A stretch of 64,000 bases of DNA from Dictyostelium discoideum. Lineage: Eukaryota. Below are positions 15,303 to 29,469 of this stretch, one piece after another. How positions within the stretch are numbered: the first letter of the stretch is position 1; every line of letters begins with the position of its first letter. Below the pieces are notes generated by a model. That model was not told the origin of the DNA, made no database searches, and saw only the letters and a program-made list of their open reading frames with translations. Position numbers and translations under genes: made by a program. Location: NCBI GenBank assembly GCA_000004695.1, contig CM000155.2, positions 2,144,001 through 2,208,000 of the forward strand, written 5' to 3'.

Positions 15303-15680
15303 TTTCAACTTACTAGTGTACCAATTGAAGCTTCAAAACCTGCAACGAAAATGAATAAGAAAACAATTGATGCCCATCCTTTTGCAGAACCATGTAATAC
15401 AACAAAGAATAATGCAATCAAAAGATCACAAACTGTCATGACAACTGAACCGGTGAATAACAAGAATCTTCTTCCAAGTCTATCAACAAATGAAATGGCA
15501 ATCAAAGTGGTTAATACATTCCAAACTTGTAATATAATGGCTGCAATTTCTGGTGCGTTTTTACCATCAATACCAGCATCAAGGAAAATTGTTGTTGAGA
15601 AATACATAAATGCATTAATACCAGTCTAATTTTTGAGAATTTATATATATATTTTTAAAAAAAAAAAAAATTTATTAGAT

Positions 15681-15724
<44 letters not shown>

Positions 15725-16137
15725 ATTTGATTTATATTTAAATAATGAATACTTACCAATTGAGCCAAAACAGCTAATAAAATACCAATCAACATTGGTT
15801 TTCTAGCGTTCTTTGCAAATATTACCGAGAAACCAGATTTTTTAACAGATCCTGAAGAAGCTGCATCACAATCTCCGCCTTTAGTAGTTAAATCTTCGTT
15901 TCCACTTGTAGATCTGACCAATTTCTTCTTTTGTTTTTCCAAGTAAACTGGTGATTCAGCAATAAATGCCCAAACAATGAATAGTAATCCTCCTGGAATA
16001 GCACCCAAGCAAAACATTAATTTCCATTCACCTGCAATTGCATATGCTAATATATTTGCAATTAAAATACCAACAGTAATAGAAATCTTTATGAAATGTA
16101 AATATAAATTATTATTATTAGTATGGTTAATAAAATA

Positions 16138-16169
<32 letters not shown>

Positions 16170-16623
16170 ATAAATAATAATTATACTTTACTTGAAAGAA
16201 TGAACCAAAGAAACCTCTTCTTTTTTCAGACACCATTTCAGAGACCATTAATGGACAAACTGATGAAGACGAACCAACACCTAAACCATGTATAAATCTA
16301 AGTATACAAATGGTTGCAACATTTGGACCGAATCCAGAACCAATGGCACCAGCAATAGTTGTAATGGCAGTGAATAAAAGTAATGGCTTTCTTCCGAATC
16401 TATCAGCAGCGAAACCACCAGCAAATGAACCAATCAATGCACCTAATAATATACTACATACAATTACACCTTGTAACGGAATTGATGCTCCAAATTTATC
16501 TGCAATTGGACCTCTTGCACCAACAATAATACCTGTTGCGTACCCAAATATTAAACCACCTAAACAACTTTGTGTTACAACTAACCAAGTTTTAGTTGAA
16601 ATACTATTTAATATTTCTGGCAT
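14906..16623 (-). CDS. MFS sugar-porter-family transporter. Four exons, complement(14906..15202, 15314..15625, 15757..16086, 16192..16623), about 456 aa.
   Basis: Exon 1 is track ORF 16168..16623 (MPEILNSISTKTWLVVTQSCLGGLIFGYATG...ADRFGRKPLLL...RFIHGLGVG), which carries MFS sugar-porter signatures. Donors are CAA|GTAAAG, TTG|GTAAGT and CTA|GTAAGT. Acceptors are cataaag, aaattag and ttttag. All junctions are phase 0 and frame-checked against track ORFs 15655..16017, 15305..15607 and 14906..15115. The text contains the DRLGRR and PEESKS (PETKG-like) motifs and many TM helices. Confidence 0.8.
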
Positions 16624-17070
16624 TCTAATTTATTATTATTATTATTATTATTATTGTTGATGTTGTGTTTGTAGTTTATTAATGATTTTTATTATTATTA
16701 ATATTATTATTATACTTGGGGTTTTTAAAATAAATAATAAAAAAAATTCTATAATATTTTTTTTCAGAATAAAAAAATAAAAAATAAATAAATAAATAAA
16801 TAAATAAAATATTAAAAAAAAAAAAAAAAAAAAAATTTTAAACTATCCTTTTTTTAATTTTTAATTTTTTTAATTATTATAATAAAAATAAAATTTGTTA
16901 ATTAATATATAGTAAATTTTAATTTTAATTTTTATTATGATTTAAAATTGAATGGAAATGTTTAAAAAAGTTAATTTTATTTTGGTTTTTATAACTATTT
17001 TTTAAAAAAATTAAAAATAAAAATAAAAATTAAAATATAATAAAATTTCTAAACAGATTGATTTTTTTTT

Positions 17071-17101
<31 letters not shown>

Positions 17102-17850
17102 GTTTTTAGGAATAAGTTAAAAATGCAAATGATATCATTGCTTTTACAAATATATACATATTATTATTAAATTATCCGTGGACGCAATATTTTGAAATAT
17201 ATCATAAACAAATAGTAAATAAGTTTTATTTAAAAAAAATCCAATGAATTATTTAAATATGATGGAATTGGAAAAAACAATTATTTTTGTGAATAAATAA
17301 AATTATAATAATACCCACACAAATCTAGTACCTAAAAATAATTAATAATTAGTTTTTTTTTTTTTTTTTAAAGATGATGATGATGAAAATAAATAATTAG
17401 TTTCTATTTTTAATTTTTTTTTTTTATTTTTATATTAAATTTTTTTTTTTTTTTTTTTTTTTTTTATTTTTATTTTTATTTTTATTTTTATTTTAATTTA
17501 AAAATTATTTTTAAAACAATTCAATTGAATGATTGAAATTTTACTCGTGTGTAAATAATTCGATTATAAAACTAAAAAAGAAAAAAATAATTTTGATCAC
17601 ACACTCTTTCAATAATGAATGATTACTTTTAATAATAAAAATAAAAAATAATCAATACTTTTTATAAAAACAAATCAATATTTAATTGTTGTAATTTTTT
17701 TTTTCAATGTAAAATAAAAAATAATAATGATATATATTATTTGTATATTAGAAGTTTATGAATAATTTATTTTTTTATTGATTAGTTGTATGTAATTATT
17801 TTTATTTTTTTATTTTTTTATTTTTTTTGGTTTTATTTGTGGGTGTTGGA

Positions 17851-17868
17851 GTGTGTGTGTGTGTGTGT
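17851..17868. repeat. (GT)9 dinucleotide microsatellite. A second GT-rich patch lies near 18061..18086.
   Basis: gtgtgtgtgtgtgtgtgt is directly visible. It sits in a GT/G-rich island (17841..17900) inside otherwise A/T-homopolymeric intergenic DNA. Confidence 0.9.
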
Positions 17869-18834
17869 AAAAATAAAGTGTGGGTGTTTTTTGTTTAATA
17901 TATATTTTGTTATACCCTAGGGTATAGTATGTATTTTTTTCGTATTAAATCTATAAATGATTGTGTTTTTTATCACTATGTTTGTATATAATTTGTGGTA
18001 AAGAGATAGTATGTAAATTTGGAAAAAAGGTGAGATAATATAAATTTAAATATATTTATATAAACAAGGGTGTGTATGTGTGTGTAAATTTAAAAACCAT
18101 TAAAGAAATTTAAAAATTTCTAAATTTCCCACCCTCCCCACATCCAAATGAAAAAAAAAAAAAAAAAATCAAATGTCATCATAACCCCATTTGAATATGT
18201 AATTGCCATTTAAATTTTATTATTATAATTTTATTTTATTATCATTATTTTTAAATTTAAATTTTTATACCTTTTATTAGAATTTTATTTTATTAAATAT
18301 AAAATCAATTTTATTTTTATTTCTATTAAGTATTTTAACTGTTTATATTTTTATTATTTTTAATTAAGAATAAGGAAAAAAAAAAAAGTTAAATTTATAG
18401 TTAAATATAATAATTATTTTTATTTTAATTTTTATTTTTTTTTTATTTTTTTTATTTTTATAAATAAAATTGATACATTTAGATTTGTGGTTATTTTTAT
18501 ATTTAAAATTTAAATATTCAATGGTTTTTACAAATAAAAAAAAAAAACCAATTATGATATTAAAAAAAAAAAAGATTTGAAGATTATATCTAATTATTAT
18601 AAAAGCTTATTATTAATATTTTTTTTTTAATTTTTTTCATTAATAGGTTAAATCCAATAATTATTTAATTTATTTCAAAATCTCAAATTTGACATTTGTA
18701 CACCTTTTTCAAGTAACTAATTATCGAATTTGAAAATATTGGTTTAATTTATTTTATAAAATCTAATGTCGGTAGTATTTTCTAATTTTTTTTTAAATTT
18801 TTATAATTAGATAAAATTATTTCAAAATAAATAG

Positions 18835-18883
<49 letters not shown>

Positions 18884-18938
18884 TACCGCCAAAACTATTT
18901 ATAATTTTTATTTTTTAAATGAAAAAAAGTCAGAAAAA

Positions 18939-18974
<36 letters not shown>

Positions 18975-18982
18975 AAACGGAA

Positions 18983-21971
18983 ATGGATTTGGATGATAAA
19001 ATTGATAAATTAAAAGAAGGTTTAGATGTTAATCTTTTTATTTCAATTCATAAAGATTTTTTAAACCAAAAACTTTTTCAACTTTCAAATGAACGTTTAG
19101 AAATTTTATACAAGTAAGATCAATTTTCTTTTTTTTTTTTTTTTTTTTTTTTTTAATACTCACTAACCATTCTTTTTTTTTTTTTAAATAAAAAAAAAAA
19201 AATAGTTTTGCACTTAAAAATTCTCCTCAAGATTTTTCTTTTCATCAAAATTTTATATCTTTTGTACCAGGATATTTATCTCAAAACTATAAAGATGAAA
19301 ATTTAAATTCAGCACTATTAAATCAATTAGAGTCTGAATTAAAATTAAAAAATAATAAATCATATAAATATATTAATATTGCATTAAAAACAAATTTAAA
19401 ATCAATTAATAATGTATGTATTATAAAATATAAAATTAATAATAATAAACCAATACTAAATAATTTTTTTTTTTATTATTTTTTTTTTATTTTTTTTTTT
19501 TTTTAATAATAAAGGAATTATCAAATAAAATAATGAAATTAATAATAAATGAAATAAATAAAAATGATAAAGAAACTAAAAATATTTTTTATTTATTAAA
19601 TTCAATTTTACTTTTAAAAGAATTAATAGTTGATAAAGATTTAAAAGAAGATTATGAAAATTCAATTTTAAATATACTAAAGATTAAAAAGGATTTTATT
19701 AAAGAAAAAAAGAAAAATGGTGAAGATTATAAAGAGGAACCATTTGTATCATTTTCAAACTTTTTATACATTTTAGATTTAATTAAAAAGAAAAGTGTGA
19801 ATGAAATTGAATTTGGTAAAAACATTATAGATTTAATTTCAATTTCAAATCATTTCTCGAAATATATTCAAATAAAGTTTAATAAAGAAATTTATAATAC
19901 AATTGAGAAGAAATACATCAACAAACCAATTTATTTAGAAATCCTTAAAATTTTATTAAAAAATTATAGATTTTCAATTGATTTCTTCAAAAAGATAATT
20001 AAATCAATTGGAGATAAAACAATTATAAAGTTTTTAAGTAATGAAGCTATTATTAATTCAAATTTTCCAGTTTCAATTGAACTATTTCAACTTTTATTAA
20101 AAGATAAAACAATTATTAAAAGGGTACCTGAAAATTTTATTAATACAGAATTTTGTTTAAAACAATTGAATGAAGATAATAGAGCAATTAAACCATACAT
20201 TTTCGAAGCCATTGAAAATCCTTTACTTGAAATTATAAATAATTCATCATCTGGAGTATTCAAATACTTACAATTATATTCTCAAACATTTAATAATATC
20301 ATATCCAGTAAATTATCAATTGAATCCCAACTTTACAAATTTTTTAAAAATGTTTCAATCACTGGTACTCCAATAAGATATACCTTTTTAAAATCAATAA
20401 TTCATCAATTAATTATGATATTAAATGTAAATCAAATCATTACATTTTTATTACCATTATTTCCAAATGATTGTAATGATTCAATAATTTTTAAATTAAA
20501 ATTACAATCTTTTCCATTCGTCATTCCTTCAATTGATAATAGTATTAATAATAATAATAATAATAATAATTGTACTTTATTATTACCATCTTCTTCTCTT
20601 TCTTCCTCTTCATTAAATATAACAGAAATAATAAAAACAATTAATGAATTCAATTATAAAAAATTACCATTTTATTTAATTAAAGATATAATAAAAATTT
20701 TAATTGAAGATTCAAATACAAGTCAATGGTGTAAATTACAAGTTTCTTTAGTATCATGGAAATTCTTTGAAATATGTAGATCAATTATGAATAATAGTGT
20801 CACAAGACCAATTGAAATCTTTGATAACTTTGAGTATAATTGTATTGAAGAAGAGGACCGATTTTCATTGTTGTTGCCATCATGTAAATATTTAAAAATA
20901 AAAAGTTTTAATGAATCTTCTTACGATTCATATAGAGAGACTTCTTTAGTGAATTATGATGAATCAAATCTATATCATTTCAACTTCCCAACCATGTCAA
21001 TAGATTCAAAATATTCCAACAAAATACTCAAAAATTTTTTAAATTACTCTTTGGAAATATTAGAATTAAATTTAATTGAACCAAGTCCTTATCTACTCAA
21101 ATTCTTTATTTCTTCTCAAAAAAGGGATGATCCTACCAACTCAAAGAAATTAATATTAACATTAACAACTGGTTCACTATTTGAAAATTTTGAATTGTTA
21201 TTAAACCTTAATTTTGAAATTCATTTAATTTTTCTTTTTAAAAATTATATACCAGAATTGGATTTTCTCTACTTATTCAAAGAAAATACACTACAGGGTG
21301 AACATTCATTAATTTTAAAAGATAAAATCAAAAGTATGATGGTATCAATAGGTATGTTCTTTTTTGAAGAATTTCAAAGTATACAATTTCCAAGTCATTT
21401 AATTCTATTAATTGAAGAATGGGATCCGAATCATGAATCATCCGGTACAGATCCATTAGATGAATTTCTAATTTCAAAGAAATTCAAAAACCCAAATTTC
21501 AATAACATTTTAAAATTAGAAATTCAATTCAACACCGATTCATTTGATCTAAAGAAAATACTATCAATTTTCCAATGTGCAAAATCATTATCATCTTTAA
21601 TTATTATATTAAATATCACACAAATTGGTAATGATAATAATTATTTCATTCAAGATTTTTTAAATCAAATATTTAATATTCTCTCTTTTAAACAATTTTC
21701 AAATATAAAATATTTAAAAATTAAAAATAATTTTGGTTATCCAATATTTGAAAACAATCTAATTCCAAATAATAATATATTTTATTCATTCAATTTTATT
21801 GATTTCTTTAAAAGTGATGAACAAAAACCAAAAGAAAACACAACTCCAGAAGATGAAGAATCTAATGAAATTCAAAATTCTTTTGAAACAAATAATTCCT
21901 TTAGTTATGATGGTGACTATGAGTTTAGTGATAATGATATCGATAACTTTAGTAATAATGAAGAAGACTGA
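18983..21971 (+). CDS. Hypothetical protein (~890 aa, Asn/Ile/Lys/Leu-rich, no recognised domain). Three exons, 18983..19113, 19206..19413 and 19515..21971.
   Basis: ATG at 18983 opens MDLDDKIDKLKEGLDVNLFISIHKDFLNQKLFQLSNERLEILY. Donor CAA|GTAAGA is at 19114 and acceptor aatag at 19204..19205. Exon 2 ends AAT AAT|GTATGT (19414). Acceptor aaag at 19513..19514 runs in frame into track ORF 19533..21971. The acidic C-terminus is ...SFSYDGDYEFSDNDIDNFSNNEED. Confidence 0.55.
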
Positions 21972-22262
21972 ATAAATAAAATAAAAAATAAAAAAAAGAC
22001 TTAAAACAATTATTAATAAAGAAAATAAATAAAAAAGGTATTTTTTATTATTATTATTATTATTATTATTGTTGTTGTTATTGTTTTTTTATCGATTTAA
22101 AATTTAAACTTGCTATAGTTTAAACTTTTTTATTTATTCTTGGATCCATAAAAGTTTGTTTATTATGCTCCTCTTGAACAAAATATTTTGTACCAACACC
22201 ATCAGTTTTTTCTTTCCAACCCTAAATGAATTAATAAATAGTAACTATTAGTATATATATTA

Positions 22263-25048
22263 TTATAAAATAATAATAAAAAATAATTTAATATTTACGT
22301 GTGGTAATTCACCATTACAAGATAAATAAATCTTTTCAAAGAAATCTTGTAAATTCTCACCATCAAATAGACGATTATATTTTGGACCAAACAATGAAGA
22401 ACCACCAATATGATAACCTAAACTTCTATAAGATTCAAATTGAGCCTCTGTAAAGAATTGATCAGTTGTTGATTCATGAGGGAATGATGGATGTTGAGAT
22501 TGATATTCTTTAATAATTTCATCTTCATCACCAGTTAATGATGATTTAATATAAAGTATATAACCTACTTCTCCTGATGGTGGATCATTTTCATAAGAAT
22601 TTTGATGATTATTATTTTGATTATTATTATTATTATAATTATTATTATTATTATTACTATTACTACTAGTTTTATTTGATTTTTCATTTTCATTATGATG
22701 ATAATTATGAGTATCATGTGAAAATCCACTTTTCTTTTTTTGATAAATAATTTTACCAACAGTCCAATGTTTTTTACTATAACCAGTTGTAGGTGATCTT
22801 CTAATATCATCTAAATTAATTTGAATATTTATACCAAAATCGATTCTAACCAATCTCATTAACTGAGCCATTGAAGGGAATGTCATATCAGGATCAGCTT
22901 CCGAATCACTGATAATAATGAATTTGCAACGACGTTTAATTAATTCATAAGCACCTAAATTTTCGATATGGCCACCATCACTTAGATTGATACACCAATC
23001 TTTACTTGTCATTGGAGTCCAACCAAATTCTTTGACTAAATGATAACATGCAAACCCACCATAAAATACTCTACCCAATACTGGATGACTAAGAAAGATA
23101 CCAAGTGGATTTGGTAACCAATATCCCAATCTAATATTTAGGATACCCAATGACATGACCAAAGTTGGAATTGTAGCAGTACCCATTTTAGTTCCAACGG
23201 CAGCACCAGATATTGAGACGGCAGTTGCTAAATCTAATCTTCTATCTAAACGTTCCATTTGTTCGGTTGATCTATAACCACTCGATTCACTACCACAATA
23301 ATGTTGAGAGAAAATAAAGAAATCTGAACCACGAGAATTTGGTAACTCTAATCCATCACTATTACTAACTGAATTTAAAGTTGTATTAACCAAAAGATAG
23401 GGTGCAACGGATCTTCTATTTAATCTTGAAATTTTCTCACCACCATAAGGTCTAAATCTACCATTCTTGATGCTAAACATATATGCTTTACTTAGACGGT
23501 CACGATAATATTTATGCATTGATGTTTCATTTATATCCAAACTAAAGAAACTTAATAATGATATGAAAAAACACATACCATTTCCAATACCAAACAATGG
23601 ACAACTTGAATCTAACCAAACACTTAATTCCAAATAAGTTAGAATCAATAGAATTGGACCAATCACACTAACTATAATATGAAATACTAAACGTTTCCAA
23701 GGTGAAAGTTTTGGATTTGTCAATAGAGTGAATGCTAAGGAATCTGCTAATATCAATGCAAACAATGATATCAATGGATAAACTCTAAATGATGTTGAAC
23801 TTGATCCACCAAAATAATAGGTATAAACCACTTCTATTAAAGGTAATGATTCAACGAATGCGCCAGCAATCAAAACTATAAATAACCAACCAAATGATCG
23901 ATCATACCAAACTTTGCTACCTTCCTTTTTGAATAACATTGGGAAATTTAAATATAAATGTAACATTATTGATATACCCAAATCGATATTTGAAATTTTT
24001 GAGAAATACTTTGAAAGTTCACCATAGTAGAAAAAGACGAAACCAACCAATACCGGTATGGTAACTTTTGGTCTTGAAATAATTGGGAAAATGATAATAT
24101 GAATTAATAGATTCCAACCTATTCTTAATGAAACATGATAACCTTCACCAAATTGAACTGGAACGTATCTTTCAAACAATAGTAATGCCCAAACAAATGG
24201 AAATATTGAAATTAGATTTAAAACAATACCACGTAGAATCAATACTGGAAATAATAAGAATTCGAAAATACCATTGGCTAAATAGTTTGCGCTACTTCTT
24301 AAATGAGTTAATGGTGTACCCTCTTTTAATCCTCTACCATAATGAAATGGGAAATTATGCCACTCGGTCGTATAGGTACCCTCACTTAATAATGATATTA
24401 AACATGATCCTATGAATCCACCACCCGATACAGTAGATAGATAATCAATCTTTTTAAATAATTTATGTTTTGATAATGCTTGAAGTAATCCTAAATTAAA
24501 AGTTGCTGATCTAATTCCACCACCTGATAATGCTAATCCAACTAATCCAAAATTAACTGATGGGGTTACCTTTTGATTATATCCACTATTATGTAATGTT
24601 GAATAGGATGGTGATGATGATGATGCTGTGGTGGTTGTATTATTCGTTCCTGTTGTATTTGTAGTTCCTATTGTACTTGTAGATCCTATAGTATTATCAC
24701 TCTTTTTACTTATACCTGATAATGTTGATGCTGAATCTAATACTTCATCATCTGAATAATCCTCAATAAATGGTAATTCATTTAATGTTGTATTATTTGC
24801 TGTTGTTGATGAATTTGCATTGGATGCACCATTCCAAGTACTACGCAATGATTGAGGACTTGGTAATAATTCATCTTTATTCACTTTTTCATCAACTCTA
24901 TCTACTTTTTTATTTTTATTACTATTTTCATTATTATCATCATTATCATAAGTTTCTGGTATATTATTTACATTACCAATACCAACACTTGTATTAATTT
25001 TTAATTGGGTAGAATTATAATTTAATTTATTAAAATCACCACCTCCAC

Positions 25049-25088
<40 letters not shown>

Positions 25089-25766
25089 TTGAGGATTAAT
25101 ATTATTATTTGGGTTTGTATTATTTAATTGTTTAATTTCATTTGTTGAAATTGTTGAAGTCGTTGTTGCTGTTGTTGTTGTTGTTGTTGTATCATTAGCA
25201 TCAGTAGTAATAATATTATTTGGTGAAAGGAATAATGGTGATGGTTCATTTATGATTGAACTTGAATTTAATGGCTGTGGTGTATGAAATACAACTTGAG
25301 ATTTCTTTGATTTTTTATTTGCAAGAGGTGGTGTTGAAGAGGTAGAATTTGCAAGATTAGATTTTCTATTGAATGAACTCTTTGAGGAATTTAATAGAGC
25401 ATATGCTGGAAACAATTTAGAGATTTGAAATGGATCTTTCTCTTTTAATACATTCACTCTTCTTTTTGCCAACTCTTTTAACTCTTCTGGGAAAATATCA
25501 TTAAATCTTTTTGGTTTAGTATTAATCATTTGCCTAATCATTAATAGTGGATCACCAATACTATCTTTACGTCTCTTTAAATTTGTAGTGTTTTTATTCC
25601 TCCATTCTCCTGATGATATATATTCATAAACTCTAAATACCGCTATTATTAAAAATACACCTATCATCATTGCCATCCATGGTTGAACTTGTAATGATAT
25701 AAACTTTCCAATAGTTATAAATAATTGACCATTTTTACCATTCACTTTTATAAATTCATTAAACAT
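22263..25766 (-). CDS. Patatin-like phospholipase domain protein with a large multi-pass transmembrane insertion between the GxSxG-type nucleophile region and the DGG catalytic-Asp motif.
   Basis: Single 1167-aa ORF. The Gly-rich oxyanion-loop motif is GLALSGGGIRSATFNLGLLQAL. The nucleophile elbow is DYLSTVSGGGFIGS. The DGG motif CINLSDGGHIENLGAYELIKRR lies about 480 aa further C-terminal. In between are about 10 predicted hydrophobic helices (e.g. FLLFPVLILRGIVLNLISIFPFVWALLLF, FGWLFIVLIAGAFVESLPLI, LILTYLELSVWL). The N-terminus has a TM segment and a poly-N/Thr-rich linker. Confidence 0.75.
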
Positions 25767-26009
25767 ATTAATTATTTTATTTATTTTTTTATTTATTAAT
25801 TTATTTATTATTTTATTTTATTTTATTTTATTTTATTTTATTTTATTTTATTTTATTTATTTTATTTTATTTTATTTTATTTATTTGTTTATTTAATTTT
25901 ATTTAATTCTCTCTTTCTTTCTTTCTTTAATTTATCTATTTATTTATTATTTATTATTTTTATTATATGTGAATATAAATTTTATTTAAGGTTTTTTTTT
26001 TTTTTTATT

Positions 26010-26043
<34 letters not shown>

Positions 26044-26132
26044 TTTATTATAGTTATTGTTTTTTTTTTTATTATTTATTATAAAATTATTGTTTATCTT
26101 TGAAATTAGAGAGATTTTAAATTTTAAAATAA

Positions 26133-26163
<31 letters not shown>

Positions 26164-26683
26164 TAATTGTTGTATATGAACTAATTTTTTTTTTTTTTTT
26201 TTTTTAAATTAAATTTTTTGTTTTTTTTTCATATTTTTTTTTTTATTTTTTTTTTTTTTTTATTTTGCATTTTCCCACTTTTATTGTAAAAAAACAGCGT
26301 TATCAGAAAAAACACTGGCAACGTCTATTTTTAAATTAATCAAAAAACCACATTCACAACCAAAAATGGGAAAATAAAAAAATATTAATAGAATAATTAA
26401 TATTAATAATCACATTAATGTTTTAAAAGAGTAATAACAATGGTTATAAAAAAAAAAAAGGATTTCATTTATTATTAAAAAAAAAAAAAAATAAAAAAAA
26501 ATATTAATAATAAAAAATAAAAATAAAAAAAAAAAATAAAAATAAAAATAAAAACTAAAAATAGAAATTAAAAAAAAAAATAAAAATAAAAATAAAAAAA
26601 AAGAAAATTATCTTTTAAAATATTAAGAATCAGGATTGGATATTTTTTAATTTATTTTATATATATTGTGATATCGTTTTAAA

Positions 26684-26714
<31 letters not shown>

Positions 26715-26772
26715 CATTAGACAGAAATATAAATAATAAATATGTGAATTATAAAAAAAATAAAATTTTATT

Positions 26773-28234
26773 TTAAATATCATATTTTAAATGACAAATT
26801 TGAGAATTTTTAAAGCAAATGAATTCAGATACTTCACCAGGATCAGTATTTGAAGGACAATTTTCACAATCAGTTAAAACACCGGCTCTATATAAACAAA
26901 TTGTAGCAAGTTCAGAGCAGAATACAGATCTATCACTTGTCCAATTCCATTTCTTTAATCTCTCCAATAAGAGAATTGCAGCTTGAAAAACATCAAATGG
27001 TAAACGAGCACCATGCATTTCGAAACAGTTTGTTAAGTATCTCTCTTTTTGTCTCTCATTGAATGGTTGAGCTAAACGAATCGCTTGTACATTGTAACCT
27101 TCATATTCCTTAATACGGTCTTTCAAATTGAATATATTCACACCAGTCAACACTTGATTCTTTCTAAATGGGTCCTTAATAGTCTCTTTACCAACTGCCT
27201 CCATAACATAAAGTACTGGCTCCTCTGATAACTCCTCACCCCTAATATGATTTATAAATGGATAAGTCTTTATAACAACACCAACATGTGACCATGGTCT
27301 ATAAAATCTGTCCCTAATTATCTCTGAAATTGGTGACGATCCTGAATATAAAATTATATCACCATTATCAAGATCATCAAATGGTTGCATAATTGATAAA
27401 TGGTCATTTGAATTTCTTGTCTATATAATAAAGCTGTGATTAATATTTTATTTATATATATATGTTTGTGATTTTATAAATATGGTATATACTTACAGGT
27501 TTAATAATTGAATTTGATTCTTTTAATGTTTTTAAATTTGTTGTGAATAATATATTTAAAATAACGGAATCATGACCAGGTTGTTGAGGATTGGCACCAT
27601 CCATTGTGGTTTGACCGCTACTATCTGGTGATGATGAACTATTAACATCTTTAATTAAGAGTTTGATGATTTCACCTTGATTGTATTGACCAATATCAAA
27701 TATGAAATCATTATATTTTGGTGATTTTGGACTAGTTGAACCAAGTTTAATTGTACATATATTGATTGATTGAATGAATTCATGTTGAATTACTCCCTTA
27801 TTCCAAACTGAATTTTTATAATAGTCACATGATACTTTTTCGGTTTTTCCATTGTAATCAACACTAACTGTTAATTTATGACCATCATGTATCTTTATAA
27901 CCTCTTCATGATTTTCTGCATAACCTGGGAATGCTGATGAATTTTCGCAATTTAATACTTTTTGGATCAAAATATATAAATAAAAAAAAAAGAAAAAAAA
28001 TAAAAAATTAGAAAATTTATTTTGGTGGGAATGGCATAAAAAAAAATTAAAAAATAAAATAAAAAAAGATTAAAAAAAAAAATATTCGAAAATGGATTCG
28101 TGTAAAGTTAAAAAAAAAAAAAAAAAAAAGAAAAATAAAATTATTAAAAAAAAAGAAAATAAAATCTTACTTATAAAGGTTAATAAACCATCTTTAATAT
28201 TTGCTTTGGTTTCTATTGATGGTTTGTTACCCAT
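26773..28234 (-). CDS. Predicted N-myristoylated protein with a C-terminal His...Cys (NlpC/P60- or LRAT-like, tentative) domain. Three exons, complement(26773..27420, 27497..27957, 28171..28234).
   Basis: Exon 1 ATG (28234) MGNKPSIETKANIKDGLLTFI carries a Gly2/Ser6 myristoylation consensus. Donor A|GTAAGA is at 28170..28165 and acceptor aaaaag at 27959..27958 is phase 1. Exon 2 ends CCT|GTAAGT (27496..27491). Acceptor tatatag at 27422..27421 runs in frame into ORF 26773..27390. The C-terminal part has ...YRPWSHVGVVIKT...DRSVFCSELATICLY. Track ORF 27452..27970 starts at a TTG that is interior to exon 2. Confidence 0.5.
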
Positions 28235-29469
28235 TTAAAAACTTTTTATTTAGGATTGTAGGAAAAAAAAAAAATAAAAAAATAAAAAAAAATATTTAAA
28301 ATTTTACAAAATGAAGTGGTACTGATGGTAGTGATACAAATAATTATAAAAATATATAGATTGCAGAAAAAATAAAATAAAAAAAAAAAAAAAAAAAAAA
28401 GGAAAAAAAAAAAAAAAAGGAAAATTTTGGTTAGTTTTTGGGCTGACTTTGAACTCTAAGAGAAAAAAAAAATAAAAAAAAAAATAAAAATAAAAAAAAT
28501 ATAAAATTTTACATTAGATATTTTCCAATCAAAGAAAAGAAAAATAGAACGAAATCTATGTTTTTTTATAGAGATTTAGGTTGCACGATAAAAGCAAATG
28601 TGGTATGATTTTGTGTTAATAATAATTTTTTTTTAATTTTTTTTTTTTTTTTATTTTTATTATTAATAAATAATTTAATTTGGAGATTGATTAATCAATT
28701 TAAAATTTTTTTTAAGATATTAATAATGAAAAAAAAATAATAAAAACAAAAAAATAAAGAAATAAATAAATCAATAATAAAAAAAAAAACTTTAAATGTA
28801 TTTAAATAAAAAAATTAATGTTATAATTAGTTTGAAAAAAAAAAATAAAAAAAAAAAAAAAAAAAATTATTTTATGTGTGTAAGATATTCTCTAAAAATA
28901 AAGAAATTACCACATCTTAGAAATTAATTTTTTTTTTAGGTTAGTTTATATATAAATATTCTTATATAATTAAGGAATAAAACATATATAATTAGAGACG
29001 TTATTTTTATTATTTTTTTTTTAAAAAAAATTCCCAATAAATATCTTCACAATGATTGAAAAAAAAAAAAAATTAAAAATCTCTCCAAACCAAGATAAAT
29101 ATTTAATGTTATTGGCAGTTATATATTTTTTTAGTTATTTATTTTTTAATTTTAGATATTCATTTTTTTTTTTTTTTTCTTCATTATTCACTTTTTTTAT
29201 TCAAATGTTTTTCAAAATTGAGTGTGTTTGTTGTTGTTGTTGTGGTTGAATGGAAATGAAAAAAAAAAAATAAAAAAAAAAAAAAAATAAATAAAAAGAA
29301 AAAGGATAGATTTATTATTATAACCTTTTTTAAATTATAAAATAGTATATATAATTTTTTTTTTTTCATTTTTCTTTTTTCTTTTTTTTTAAAAAAAATG
29401 TGTATTACTACATTATTACTATTATTGTAAAACTGTATTGAATATTATTTTTTTTTTTTTTTAATATTT

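Noticed and set aside
22565-22810. 81-aa ORF inside the patatin gene on the same strand but another frame
   Set aside because: It lies in a poly-Asn coding region ((AAT)n) of the real 1167-aa ORF and is an alternate-frame artefact.
27452-27970. Track ORF start (M) at 27970
   Set aside because: That codon is TTG inside exon 2 of the myristoylated-protein gene. The real start is the ATG at 28234 in a separate upstream exon. The track uses TTG and GTG starts, so the same caution applies to the ORF starts at 37720, 41831, 48719, 49259, 49587, 51141 and 15115.
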